64,000 nt of DNA from Octopus sinensis (Eukaryota): assembly GCF_006345805.1 (NCBI RefSeq), contig NC_043013.1, positions 15,004,001 through 15,068,000 on the forward strand, in the 5' to 3' direction. Every line of letters begins with the position of its first letter. Position 1 is the stretch's first letter. A program made the translations under genes and the position numbers. This document shows, in pieces, positions 25,001 through 40,300 of the stretch. The notes below the pieces were generated by a model. The model made no database searches. It saw only the letters and a program-made list of their open reading frames with translations, and was not told the DNA's origin.

Positions 25001-28000
25001 ATGCAGCAGTAATAAGCCACAAATATGGTGAAATATCGTATCTGCTGCTCTTGTGATCACTTCAGGAGTGATTTTATTTCAAAGTATATTGTGTTTTTTA
25101 GCATTATGCATGAAGTGATTTTATTTCAAAGTATATTGTGTTTTTTAGCATTATGCATCTTTAAAAAGAATTTCCTTGGACAAAAAAAACTGCAACTTCT
25201 GACATTTAAACAATATACATATATTAAGTATGTGATAATAGTAATGTTTATAAATATATACATACTCATATACATACAAGACAAGGCATAAATAATGGTT
25301 GTGACATTTTTTTAAAGTAATATACATTTATAATATATATATATACATGTATGTATATCTGTGTGTGTGTGTGTGTGTGTATGTGTGTGTGTGTGTATAT
25401 ATGTGTCATCATCATCATCGTGTGTGTGTGTGTGTGTTCTATATATATATATATATATGAATTAGAAAAAAAAACACCTTGAGGATTTAATTTATCGTAA
25501 TGGATTATGTAATAATTTAGTATTTCAAATGAATTTTTCCCTGTAAGAAATCCCATATATATACTTATATATTATTCATAATATATTGAGTAAATTAAAT
25601 TGATTTCACAATATATATTTTGACAGTTAAAAAACGTGTAAAGTTAATAAAAGAAAACGGAGAAGTAAAAATATAGTGGATAGTTGGTTAAATTTATGAG
25701 TATCACAATGAAATAGTAATACATATAAGATTCATGATATAAGGAGACCTTATTAAACAACAAAAACACTTTTCTCATTAAATATCTGAAAGGACACACC
25801 TATCCCTGAAGATATCAGACTAAATGTGTTTTTTTTTACATCTAAAATAGCTTCAATGCTGATGATTCAAACGTAAAGCCAGATTGAAACATATGTAGGA
25901 TTTTTTGGGTTACTTCTTTGGTTATTTGTTTTGTTGATCAGGTCCCCTTATATCCTGAATCTTATATGTATTTCATTTTCATTGTGATACTAATAAATTT
26001 AACCAAGTATCCACTATATTCTTTCTTTTCCATTTTCTTTTATTAACTATATATATATGTATGTATGTATGTGTATACACACACACACAATAGGCAAGTG
26101 AAGTAATAACAAAGTGAATGAAAGGAGAAACACCCAAATCTCACTATTGCGAACAAAAGTCAATGAGTCTGTGAATAAATTGCACGTGTATATGGTAAGG
26201 GATTCCAAGTAAACAGCTGCTGGCTAGGTCAAGTAATTCTGTAGAATCATCGTCCTGAAAGAGAAGTACAGTTTAGTTGATATATTTGGTAGAAATATAC
26301 GAAAATATGGCAAAACAGAAATAATTTTTTTGATAGATTTTTAGCATTTTATAACAGATAATTGAGGTGAGAAATGTTGATGTATATATTTGGTTGAGTT
26401 GTATGTCTTGACTAAGGTTTACCATTTTGATATTCGTAATACATACTGGTGTCAGATATGCTAACACATTATATAGAATGGCATAACTTGTTTAAAGTTT
26501 AACACATTAGCTATAATACCAATAGTGTTAGTAAGAAAGGAACAAGTATGGCTCTGTGGTTAAGAAATCTGCTTCCCAACCACATGGTTTTTGGTTCAGT
26601 TCTGCTACATGGAACCTTGTGCAAGTGTATTCTACCATAGCCCTTGGGCTAATCAAAGACTTACGAGTGGATTTGTTAAATGACAACTGAAAGAAGCCTG
26701 TGTATGTACGTATGTGTGTATGCGTATGTGTCTGCATGCTTGTTTATATTTGAACTTCCTTAAAAATCACTGAGCCACAAATCATGATGTTATTGCTATT
26801 TTCCTTGTCAAGAAATTGTCTGCTGGATTTGTGCCTTTGAAGATGAAAACAGGTAAGGGTTAGAAACAAGAAGAGCATCCAGCTATAAAACAATGCTTAG
26901 GGTATTCAGCTCACAATTGTAAGGTCATGAGTTTGATTCTTGGCAGCATGTTGTATACTTGAGCAAAACACTTTATTTCACGTTGCTCCAGTCCACCCAG
27001 CTGGCAAAACTGGGTTGTACCTGAATTTCAAAGAACCAGCTTTGTGACATTCTATATCACGCTGAATCTTCCTGAGAACTAATGTTATGGGTACGCATAT
27101 CTGTGGAGTGCTCAACCCCATGCACCTTAATTTCATGAGCAGACTGTTCCATAGATCTGATCAACTGGAACCCTTGTCATCATAACTGACAAAGTACCAG
27201 TCCTCTAACCCATGTTAAGCTCTCTCAATGGCATTTAACTGTATTTTTGAGTACAACAATTTATTCAAAATTACATACAGTCATCTAATATCCAAAAAAG
27301 AACATATTAAATTATCAGGGACTGCTACCTTCGAATGACTGACATCCTATCCTGGAGTACATTTAACTTTCAACCACTCTGTTAATGGAGAGCTAGGATA
27401 GAAGAGAGAGTGATCTACAACAATGAAATGCTTACCACTTGGCTAACTTTTGCAAGAAAACAGCAAGTACGTTGTAAAGAAGTGCAAACTCTTGCCGTGT
27501 GTGTGTAAAGACAGTATTTTTCGTGGGCTAATTGATATAAGTAACCCAAAATAGCAGCATGCAGATCAGGCCACATCTGTGACACACATTCATCAAAGGC
27601 TACAAGTTCTATGGCAGTGGGTAATATTTCCGGCATCGAAGACTGGATCTGAAACATTGGTAATTATAGAAATTGTTCATAAAACAGTATTTTAGGGAGA
27701 AAAGAAAAAAAACAGAGATAAACAACTACAACAAGAATAACAAAAACCAATTCAACTGTGAGTATGCATATAACAACTGACAACTGATGCTGGTGTGTTT
27801 ACGTCCCCGTAACTTAGCGGTTCGGCAAGAGTGACCGATAGAATAAGTACTAGGCTTACAAAGAATAAGTCCTGGGTTCGATTTGATCGACTAAAAGGCG
27901 GTACTCCAGCATGGTCAAATGACTGAAACAAGTAAATAAGTAAAGAGAGTATATATATTGGTGAAAGTTACACATACAAGTCCTTTGTAAGTATGTATTT

Positions 28001-31000
28001 ATTATGCTTTTACTTTGAGTTTTATTTAAGTCCTTATGAGAATTCAGGTTAGCTGCAAACAAAGCAACAAGACTTTTTGAGTTAAGAAAGTTCCCAATGT
28101 TTGTAAATTTGTAATTGAGTTGATGTATCGGTTGAATTGTCAATGCATACACCAAAGTGTGTGCATCTTTTCATTTAAAGAATCTCATATGGAGAAACTT
28201 TGGAATGAAGGTGTGTATGTATGAAACTGTTTATATTTGCACTACTCTGATAAAATTGCTGAGCTGTAAGTGGTGAAGTTTTTATTTCCCATCAACAACT
28301 CATCCACTGGCTTGGCACGAAGGTATGATGTGGAATAAGAAATCCCTTACTTGTAAAACAGGTAAGAGTTAGCGACAAGAGAGCATCTGGTTATAAAACA
28401 ATGGAAACCAAAATGTATAAAATACTCACCTTCTCTACAGTAACTAACTGCTCCAGGAAAGAAACCAGAAAACAGCTGAGAGCAATAAATATCTGCCTGG
28501 ATTTCACAATGAGTTCCTGCGAGGTTTTACGATTTTCAAAGAGTTGGTTTCTATGGTGATGCTGCTGCAGAAGTTCACATATTAACTCTATACAGTCCTT
28601 TAGTTTATTCACCTGGCAACAGTAAACAAACGATAAGAACAAAGATTCTTTACCTTAACACGTGGGATTGCTGTTGCAATGTCTAACACATGCAAACATG
28701 GACAAGGGGACATTAAAAACATGATGATAACACACACTATTATCACAGAATAAAAAAAAAATATATAGGTACAGGCACGGTTGTGTGGTTGAGCAGCTCA
28801 CTTTGCAACCACATAGTTTCAGGTCCAGTTCCATCCACTATGTAGCACCTTAAGGCGGCGAGCTGGCAGAAACGTTAGCACGCCGGGCGAAATGCGTAGC
28901 CGTATTTTGTCTGCCGTTTACGTTCTGAGTTCAAATTCCGTCGAGGTCGACTTTGCCTTTCATCCTTTCGGGGTCGATAAATTAAGTACCAGTTACGCAC
29001 TGGGGTCGATGTAATCGACTTAATCCGTTTGTCTGTCCTTGTTTGTCCCCTCTGTGTTTAGCCCCTTGTGGGTAGTAAAGAAATATATGTAGCACCTTGG
29101 CCAACTATATTATACTGCTCCAAGCAGACCAATGCCTTATGAATGAACTTGGTAGATGAAAAATTGTACGGAAGCCCAATATATACGTGTAAGTATGTAT
29201 GTATGTACACACATATGTGTGTGTGTGTGTGTGTGTGAGTCCTTGTGTTTGTCCCTCTCCCTGGCTTGACAACAGGCTGGTTGGTTTACATTACTGTAAC
29301 TTAGTGGTAGAGCAAAAAGGATGAATAGAAGAATAAGTATCAAATAAGATGCTGTGCGTGAGAAGAGCCGGCAGGACAAGTGATACCATAACCCGTGGCC
29401 TTTAACTAGGATGTAGCCAGTCCACTTATGCATACCTTTCCTTCTTGGGACACAAAACTCTGCTTGTGAAGACCTGTTGAGGCAAGTGAAATCGAAATTG
29501 ATCAAAAATCAGTGCCGGTGGCATGCAAAAGAACCATCCGAATGTGGTCATTGCCAGCGCCGCCTCGACTGGCATCATGTAAAAAGCACCAACCAATCGT
29601 GGCCGTTGCCAGCCTCGCCTGGCACATAAAAAGCACCCACTATACTCACGGAGTGGTTGGTGTTAGGAAGGGCATCCAGCTGTAGAAACGCTGCCAGATC
29701 AGACTGGGCCTGGTGCAGCCTCCTGGCTTTCCAGACCCCGGTCGAACCATCCAACCCATGCTAGCATGGAAAACGGACATTAAACGTGATGATGAAGCAC
29801 TGTGGTGGATTTGTTCAAGTAAAATCTCTCAAGACAGTGCCCCACCATGGCAGGAGAGCAATGATTAAACCACATAAAAGGTAAAAGAAAGAGGTTTGCA
29901 GACACAGACTACTTAAAATTATAGAGAATATTCTATGTTTGATAGAGAGGGGAATAACATTGACTGAATCACTTACAATTTTCCTTGCAGCTTCACTTTG
30001 GTTGCTCCAAATCTCAACAGTAATACTTTCAGAGAGAAGTTCCATCGTGTTTGGCAACAACTGCACAAGAGCTGACACATCCGACAACTGGGAAGACTTT
30101 TTAAGTAAGCTAAGGCTAGTGAAGATTAAGTCAAGACAATAAACTGGTAACGTGATCTGCTCCTGCTGTAGTGTCTGTACATTTTCCACTTCTAGCTCAT
30201 CTGTTGCCTGTAAGGAGGCATCTAAGATCATTTGAGAAGATAACCTGCATGGATCACAAGGAGAAACAAAGAAAGAAATGACTTTTAAAATGGGAAATTT
30301 TTTTCAATGTTTGGGAGAGGGGGTTCTAATGACAAGATCAAATGAATAAGCAACAACATCCATGACCCCTTGGAGGGACTCTGAAACTGGTGGTGAAACG
30401 ACAGGGAGAAAGAAGCCACCACAACACACCAAGTTGTTCCAGTAGGAAGTGACAAATTAATACATCAAATCTGTCCTTACACTGACAACCTGGAATGAAT
30501 GCTTGCAAACAAGAGTGGACTCTGCTTAAAGCACCCAAAGCTATGTGGTGATGTTAACCAATCAATGGTGAACTGGCAGAAATGTTAGCACACTGGGCGA
30601 AATGCGTAGCCGTATTACGTTCTGAGTTCAAATTCCGCCGAGGTCGACTTGCCTTTCATCCTTTCGGGGTGGATAAATTAAGTACCAGTTACGCACTGGG
30701 GTCGATATAATCGACTTAATCCGTTTGTCTGTCCTTGTTTGTCCCCTCTGTGTTTAGCCCCTTGTGGGTAATAAAGAAATAGATGTTAACCAATCAACAT
30801 ACTAATCTCACACAAGAGAACAAGCACAGCCCATCTGACACACTTTCCATATAGTTTCTATCAATCTACTATTGCTACCGATGCCTGTGAGCCCACCCCA
30901 CTTCTTATACATCTATAGTGTACACTGATACACTATATGGAATTTATGGAAACTACTTTTCTGCATATCACATGTAACCAATTCCCTGGTATTCAACTCC

Positions 31001-31331
31001 TTTTCACTAAAACTTCAATCTTTGCTAAGTTTACATTTAGATCTCTTGATTCCAAGTTTTGCTTCTGCATCTGAAATTTCTTCTTCAGGTTTGCCAGATA
31101 AAATATGAAGAACCAGATTATCAACAGTTAAGATTTCCTATGAACAACCACCTAAGTTCTGGTCAACCCCTGTATTTCATCTTAGAGATCAATCTCTTTT
31201 GTCTTGATAGCCTGATACCTAGATGTGGAAAGCATTTTCCTATAACATAATGCATGTGTAATCAATAAAATGCCTTGCTACTGAAACATCTGTAACACAA
31301 ATTGAACTATCATCTATTCTTATAATTTTAT

Positions 31332-31362
<31 letters not shown>

Positions 31363-34300
31363 GTGTTTATCTTTGCATCTGTGTTTCTCCTCCCTTCCAC
31401 CATTTGACAACCACGTTGGCTTCTTTACATCCTTATAACTTAGAGGTTTGACAAAAGACATCAAGAGAATAAATACCAGACTCTTAAAAAAACATGAATA
31501 CTGCAGTCAATTTGTTTGACTAAAAACCTTCAAAACAGCGTCCCAGCATGGCCAGTCCAATGACCCCATTCTGGAACACCTTTGACCACAGATCCTTTCT
31601 ATCATGATTAACCACAGGTTGGAATAGCTATCTTCTTAGATCCCTTCTATCAGAACTGACCCCATTCTGAAACAGCTTTGGTCATAGGTAGGTCCTCTCT
31701 ACTAGAACTAACCTCAGGCGATACAACATCGTGTCCCTAAATATTCCATAAAGATCTTGCAGTTACTTACAAGGGGATGCTGAAAAGTTCTTGGTTTTGG
31801 GTAAAGAAAAATACAGGAGGATCAGTTAATTATGATTTTATTAAACATATTCCCCTCTCAGATCCCCACTTATTACAGTGGTCCTTCAATTTTTCTATGC
31901 CCAGTAAAAGAATTTGGAAGGTTGGGCCTCCAACCAGACCTTACACAACACCCTTAAAGCCAGGAACTTTTTGGCATCCCCTTATACAATTTATTTCTCT
32001 CTTCAAAATGTTCAGCTCATTATTCAGTCTTTGATAAAAACTGAAATATTAAAGAATGAATAAATTTATTTCCTCCAAATTTGTACAGACAAATACCTTT
32101 ATTACCATTTTTTTTTTACATTGTGGATATTTTAAAACACTACCAGGTGGTCCTTGGAGTGTCTTCAGTGTAGACCACTTAGTTGCAAAAATCCAGGCCA
32201 AGTTTCTGGTTGAAGGCTATCCTCTTCCCACAAATCATACAGACCCTGAAAAGGGTCAGAGCACTCCCATTCTTCTAACTAACTAACACATTAAAATAAT
32301 AAAATGTTTGCTTACCTCTCTACCGAAGACATAGAAGTGTCTCCATCCCTGCCATCACCTGTGCAACGAGAATCACTTTTACCCAGAGCAGAGAAGCGAG
32401 TGTCATTGGAATGTATAGAATGGCTGAAAGCTGATCCATTTGGAGAAGGCGCCGATAATGTTGAGATGTTGGACCAAACATCTGTAAAGAGATACAGTGC
32501 TGATATAGACTCAAATGCTTATTTCATAATAGGCATAAGGGGTTCATATTCACAGTATTATACAGACAAGAAACTAATATTTCAAATGCAGTATTGCTAT
32601 GAAAGCAGCTGAAAAATTGGGTATTATTACCCTTATAAGATGAAATGTTGTCAACAAACAACCATGGGACTGAAACCTGCATCTCTCAGAGACTGGCCGA
32701 GTACTTTATCATTAAGCTAAACTACCGGCTGACAACAGTCTCCATCAAATTTAAGCACTAAATACAGAGCTGGCATGGGTTGGACAGTTTGACCAGGGCT
32801 GGCAAGCTGGAAGCATTCCTAACCTTGTAGGCTCATGGGTGCTGGGGCGATGTAAAAAGCACCCATGTTGGTACTGCATAAAAGCACCCAGTACACTACG
32901 TAAAGTGGTTGGCATTAGGAAGGGCATCCAGCCATAGAAACCATGCCACAACAGACATAGAGCCTGGGCAGCTCTTCAGCTGGCCAGCTCCTGTCAAATT
33001 GTCCAACCCATGCCAGCATGGAAAACGGATGTTAAATGATGATGAAATGAAACACTGGCAACATCAGTCTCACCAGTTCCAGAGGACCTGTAAAAACCAC
33101 AGCCACAGCTCCTTCTTCCAGACCAACCTTCCCCAGCTCATGATTCGTTGGCTACCCCTCAACCTGACACAATTTCTACACCTGTCACCTACTCTACCCT
33201 CTTCCCTACTTATCATCCCTTAACACTTGTTCTTTGTCATATTCAGCCTCTCATTCCCCATCTCTAACCACCCCTCAATCCCCCATAGACCCTTGCAACC
33301 TCTACCCACCCACACTCATTTTGAGGGTACACCCTGACACATGATCACCACAATTTTTATCTCTTTCCAGTCCTGGTCCAATCACTCATACCCTCTCTTC
33401 TATAAGTAGCTGTGCAGCTTTACTATAAGGAACCACTTGTGTTCTAGCCTATCTTTTATACTTTAACCCTTCATTCCATAGCATAAAGCTGCCTCCCACT
33501 TTACTATAGTTCCACTCAAAGGGAATCTTAGTCTTGTAGGTTGTATAGTGGTCTCATATGTGCCAGTGCCCTGAAAAAAACTCTCACCCAATACACAAAG
33601 TGGCTGGCATTAAGGAAGGACCATCGCCTTACTAGCACTTGTGCCCATGCCAGTAGGGTGCCAAGAGCACTATCTGAGCGTGATCGTTGCCGGAGCAGCC
33701 AACTGGCTTCCATGCCGGTGGCACATAAAAGGGCACCATTCGAGCGTGATTGTTACCAACGTCACCCTACTGGCACCTGTGCCGGTGGCATGTGTAAAAA
33801 GAGTCGAGTGAGGTCATTGCCAGTACCGCCTGACTGGTTCCCGTGCCGGTGGCACATAAAAATCACCCACTACACTCTCAGAGTGGTTGGCGTTAGGAAG
33901 GGCATCCAGCTGTAAAAACTCTGCCAGATCAAGATTGGGGCCTGGTGCAGCCATCTGGTTCACCAGCCCTCAGTCAAAATCGTCCAACCCATGCTAGCAT
34001 GGAAAGCAGACATTAAACGATGATGACGATGATGATGAATCAGCCACAGAAACCATGCCAAAGCAGATTTTGGAGCATGATGCTTTGGACTTGTTGGGTC
34101 CAGTCAAACAGTCCAAGAGATGCCAGCACGAAACATGAACATTATATAATGATGATGATGATGGCTCAACTGACCTGGTTTGGGAGTATAAAAAGCTGGG
34201 TCCTGGTGGTATTTTAATCGTGTATGTAAGCAACTGGTCAGGCTTCTCAACGTCCGGCTGACTTGAACCAGTAAATTTGGCTGGTTTAAAAAGGTGTTAT

Positions 34301-37300
34301 AGTCCAAAGGTGGAGTAATTTGCTTGCAAGAGAGCTCCAAGACCTCCAAAAGACTCTGTAAAAGGAAATGAATACAGAAAAGATATCAAAACGACTCTCT
34401 ATAATAATCTGAATCTGTTTATAATAATTACATATCCCAAAATCCTGAGGATCCTTAAAACTCATCCCCTAGCATGTATTCCTTTTATTCACTTACAACT
34501 ATCTATCATGCCTCCATCACTCAATAAAGAGGTCCCTTTCGTCATATCTAGGACATCATCTAGTGCCAATGCCATGAAAGAAAAAGAAAAATAGCACTCA
34601 GTCATCATCATCATTTAACATCCATTTTCCATGCTGGCATGGGATGGATGGTTTGATGAGGTCTGGAGAGCCAGCGGCTGCACCTGACTCCAATCTGATC
34701 TGGCAATGTTCTGTTTAATACAGATAATTCAAACTTCCTAATGCAACTCATTTGTATCATTGGTCATACCCACTCTCTTGCTCACCACTCAACCCTACTT
34801 AATTTCTACAGTTGTTATCTACTCTCCCCTACCTTCCCTATTTATCATACCTCGACACTTGTTCTTCACACAATCTCCATCTCTAACATTCTCCCATTAT
34901 CCACCTGCATTCCTTTTTCTGTCCTCATTCACTTCTCACCTCGCACCTTGAGGATCCACCCTGACACATCATCACCATTTTCATTTCTTTCTAGTTCCAC
35001 AATTCTTCAATAATACATAGTCACGTAGTTCTCCTGCAGCAAGAAACCTGTTCCGTTCTGTGCCCATTCCCTCATACTTTAACCCCTCATCTCCTAGCAT
35101 AAAACCACCTCCTTCTTTATTGTAGCCCCATCCAGTCAAAGGGAATCTTACAAGCTACATAGTGACCTCACTAGTAGTCGTACAAAAAAAAAAGTTTCAG
35201 TACACTCTGTAAAGAGATTGGTGTTAGGAAGGGGCATTCAACTGTAGAGACCATGCCAAAGCAGACACTGGAGTCTAATGCAGTCCTGGGCCCATCAGAT
35301 CCTATCAAAGTATCCAACCCATACCAACATGGAATATAGATGATGATATAGCATGTTTTACAACATGAAGAAGTCTGTTCCAGACATTAGACATTTTTTG
35401 AAAAGAGAGAAAACAAATTGTATTTCCCTCTCTCTCTCTCTCCTCTCTCTTTCTCCAAAGAACAATCATCATCATCATCAAACATCCTTTTTTCCATGCT
35501 GGCATGGGTTGGATGGTTTGACAAAAGCATATAAACCTGAGGATTCCACTAGGTTCTATGTCTGCTTTGGTATGGTTTCTACAGCTGGATACCCTTCCTA
35601 ATACCAACCGCCTAATAGAGCATACTGTGTTTTTTTAATGTGACACCAGCACTATTGAAATAACCACATACCTGCAAGATAAGATCCCTCAACTGAGCGG
35701 GGTATAAATCAGAGAAATAAGAAATCATAATAGAGGAAGTGAAGCAGGTGTCTTGCTGAAAAGGTAAAATAATAATTTTCTCTCTGCCCTCAACAGCCTA
35801 AAACATATTCCACTCAACACTAAGATATTTTACCTGAGTAATTTGTGGTCTCTGAAGGAAAATTTCAGCAGGAAAATCATAAAAGACAACATCTCTGAGA
35901 AATTCACAGGTATTTGCCAGTTCATGGGGGTCTTTGTTCTGGAATAAACTGTAGGAAAGAAAAATAGTCAATGTTCTATAAATCAAGTGTGAAATTAATT
36001 CATGCATTATTTTATCAACCCCAAAAGAAAGAAAGGCAAAGATAATCTCTGTAGGATTTGAACTCAGAGCAGATGGCAGTTTTCTTTTATGTCCAAATAT
36101 CATGAGAAAGAGTGGCACCCCCTCATGTAACTAAGTAAACTGATCTCTGACACTGCAGGCCAGTCCTAGCACTCCAATACCACTCTTTAGATTTGGAGAT
36201 CTGACCACTGTGGTACAGCAGGCTAAGATGGCTGTAGTGACCAATAAGCAGTAGGTTTTACATAGGAGTGCCCTTCTCCAAGGTTGCCAAGAGAGCACCA
36301 AACCACCTGATGGACTCCATTCCTTGATTTGTCGTTGAGTTTGATTCCCCAAGATTTTTCTTTTCTCAAAGCGACCCTGACAGGTGCTACCCTGAATCAG
36401 AGTAGACTTTGGAACAACAGTGGCTAAAAGGTGGTTCTACACTTCTTAAAACCTTGGAACTCTTGAACCAGGGACCCACTACCAGATGAGGTTAAAGGTC
36501 ATACCCAGGACATAAAGACATTAAAAACAATAATATACAATCATCATCATCATTTAACGTCTGTTTTCCATGCTAGCATGGGTTGGACGGTTCGACCGGG
36601 GTCTGGAAAGACAGGATCTGGCAGTGTTTCTACAGCTGGATGCCCTTCCTAACACCGACCACTCTGAGAGTGCAGTGGGTGCTTTTTATGTGCCAGGGGA
36701 GGCTGGCAATGGCCACGATTGGTTGGTGGTTTTTACGAGCCACTGGCACAGAAGCCAGTCAAGGTGGCACTGGCATCAGCCATGTACGGATGGTGCTTTT
36801 TACGTGCCAGGGTAGGCTGGCAACAGCCACGAACAGTTGATACTTTTTACGTGCCACCGGCACGGAAGCCAGTCAAGGCGACACTGGCATCGGTCACATA
36901 CAGATGGTGCTTTTTACGTGCCAGGGGAGGCTGGCAATGACCATGATCGGTTGGTGCTTTTCTTTTTACGTGCCACCAACACGGAAGTCAGTCAAGGCAG
37001 CACTGGCAAGAGTAAAATGTATCAATGAAAACAAAAATCAATAGAGGGAAACCTGATCAATGATTACTTACCTATGTGTAGAAGACAAAACATGTCGGTC
37101 AGTTTGAGTTAAAGTGAGCCAAGGAAATGTTCTCATTGTAAACCCTGCAGAAGATTAAAAAATATAATAATTAGGTATAGGCATGGCTGAGTGGTCAAGA
37201 AGCTCTGTTTGCAACCTCGTGATTTTAAGTGCGGTTCCACTGCACGACACCTTCAGCAAATGTCTTCTACTATGGCCCCAGGCTGACTAATGTTTTGTGA

Positions 37301-37334
37301 GTGAATTTGGTAGATGGAAATTGTATGGAAGCTT

Positions 37335-37367
<33 letters not shown>

Positions 37368-40300
37368 ACGTGCATGCACCTTTGTATTTGTTCACCCCAC
37401 CAACTCCACGTGACAACTGGTGTTGGTTTGTTTATGTCCCAATGACTTTACAGTTTGGCAAAAGAGACCAAAAGAATAAGCACCACACTTAATAAGTACT
37501 GAGATTGACTTGTTCAGCTAAACCCTTCAAAGCAGAGCCCCAACACAGCTAGTCACAACTCCATGACACACACAAACACATGCTAGCTCACACACACACA
37601 CACACACACAGAAGCTGATATGTTTCCAGATGCATACACCTTCACCCCACCCAATCTGTTTGCCCATATACTGTAACCAATTTTACCAAACTAGAAGCTC
37701 CACAAATAAAAGCAAAAAAACAAAATAAGGCTTACCTAAGCCTGGTTTAGCCCTTGTTGGGTTTGAACCAACACTGTCTTCATACACCACTCTTTCAATA
37801 TTGTCGTTCTCGGCTGTCTGTGGATCACATGGATCAGTGGTAGAAACTGGATCTACAATACACAAAGTTAACAATCACTTTCAATGATCAGAGTCTCATG
37901 ATGGCTAAATATTCCCAGACATTTAGACATTGGGATACAGTCTTTGCAAAGTTATATACATGTAAGGTTACTATTAGAGAACATCAAAGATTATGATACC
38001 ATCCTAGTATCTATAGCAACTCTGAGAGCTTCAATTGAAAATTTTCTTAACTGAGAAGCATTAGAATAAAGTCCTTCTTTGATGTCTATAGTAATTGTTT
38101 TGAAAGAGACAAGATGATATATCCCCAGTGAAGGGTGATTTTGATGTCTCCCTTCACTGAAGTCTAAATAGAAGTGTTTTTGCTACATGTGACTGATACA
38201 TGTGTAGAAAGTGATATCATCAGCATAGCAGTGAGATAAAAGAAATATACTGATGCAAACTTACCAAAGCAGGCCTGTTGATAATGGATGTGTTCGCACC
38301 CATTTGACTTCAGATCTAAATCTGGGATCTTCATCAAATTCTCAAGAATTGTATCGATTTTGTCTTTCAGTGATGTGGGCGAGTCCATTCGTAAATGAGA
38401 TAAGAAGTCTATAGCACCAATTTCTCGAAGACTCTCACATGCAGTAGAATGCTGAGAAAAGAACAATATATTAATTAACAGCTAAGATTTTAATATAAAT
38501 GATATTGGATATAATATACAGCAATTTGAGTGAGGAGGAACAGACCCCTAGATGGACGGATTGTTGGTATTTACCATTGCTGAAATTGGGGTTTTTAATG
38601 TATATCATAACAAATTAGTGTGTGTGTGTGTGTATAGATGCAGTCATGGCTATAAATTTCTTCCTAATCAAATGGTTTCAGGTTCAATCCCTCTGTATAG
38701 CATCTTGGGCGAGTGTTTTCTACTATGGCCCTGAGCTGACTAAAGACTTGCAAGTGGATTTGACAGATGGATATTGAAAAAGAACATCATATGTGTGTGT
38801 TTATATATGTTTGTGCTTTTGGGGTTGAATAGTACCAGACGAGTAGTGGGTTTGATGTAATCAACTAGTTCCTTCTGACAAAATTTCAGACCTTATGCCT
38901 ATCATCATCATCGTTTAACGTCCGCTTTCCATGCTAGCATGGGTTGGACGGTTTTGACTTAAAGAATTATTTCTTTTTCTTTACAAGCCAAAATCTTTGG
39001 TTCAAACCCCATATGATCTCAGAGAAACTGGACAGATCAAGGATGTTCAATGAGCTAACATAAAACCTTCAATCTGGTTGCTCCAAACTGATAACATGCT
39101 GGGACCTACAGTGTACCCAGTTAGAAAAAAAAAAAGAAAAAGAAATAAATAAAAAAGAAGGGGATCTCTGCCTGTCTTACCTCTGATAGTTGATGCAGCA
39201 ACCCAAGCACCTCTGACTGCATTGGAGCACTGGGAAAGTTGAACCATTCCAATAAGCGAATAAACAGGTGTTTCTCCTGAACCAGGTCTGACAGACAGAC
39301 CAATCCATAGTTTAGTTTACTGATAACGTTTTTCAATGCTCGGACTCTGATTTCTTCCAGTTCATGTCCTGAGATGGAAAATTCATTCATTAACACATGG
39401 TACAGTAGAATTTTAGTGAACAGGTGATATTTATGTTTGATAGTGGGATAGAGTCAGTAAACATGCAGCATGTGCATCTCATAGTTAGATAGAGTCAGAG
39501 AACAGGTGTCATTATCAGACATGTGTCTGATAGTGGGATATAGCTAGTGAACATGTCTGGCTGTTAACAGGAGACACATGTCTGATGGAGTCAGTGAACA
39601 GGTGATACTATCAGATATGTGCCCAATAATGAAGAGTAGTTGGTGAGCATGTATCTGATGGCAAGATACAGCTAGTGAACATGTGTCTGATAGCAATGTA
39701 CAACAAGTGAACATGTACTTGACAGTGTATTATAGCTAGTGAGCAGATCACACATGTATCTGATAGTGGGATATAGCTAGTAAACATGTATCTGATAGTA
39801 GTTAACAGGTGAAACATGTCTGATGAATTCAGTGAACATGACATGTCTCTGGTCATAGGACAGAGTAAATGAAAAGGTGTCATGTCGCAATCAAAAATGA
39901 GCCACATAGTGGGATATAGCTAGTGAACACATGCCTGACAGTTGGATATAGCTAGTGAACACATGCCTGACAGCTGGATATAGTTAGTGAACACATGCCT
40001 GACAGCTGGATATAGCTAGTGAACACATGCCTGACAGCTGGATATAGCTAGTGAACACATGCCTGACAGCTGGATATAGTTAGTGAACACATGCCTGACA
40101 GCTGGATATAGCTAGTGAACACATGCCTGACAACTGGATATAGCTAGTGAACACATGCCTGACAGCTGGATATAGCTAGTGAACACATGCCTGACAGCTG
40201 GATATAGTTAGTGAACACATGCCTGACAGCTGGATATAGCTAGTGAACACATGCCTGACAGCTGGATATAGCTAGTGAACACATGCCTGACAGTTGGATA

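Noticed and set aside
32304-32612. 102-aa plus-strand ORF
   Set aside because: Antisense shadow of RTTN exon 8 with no independent support.
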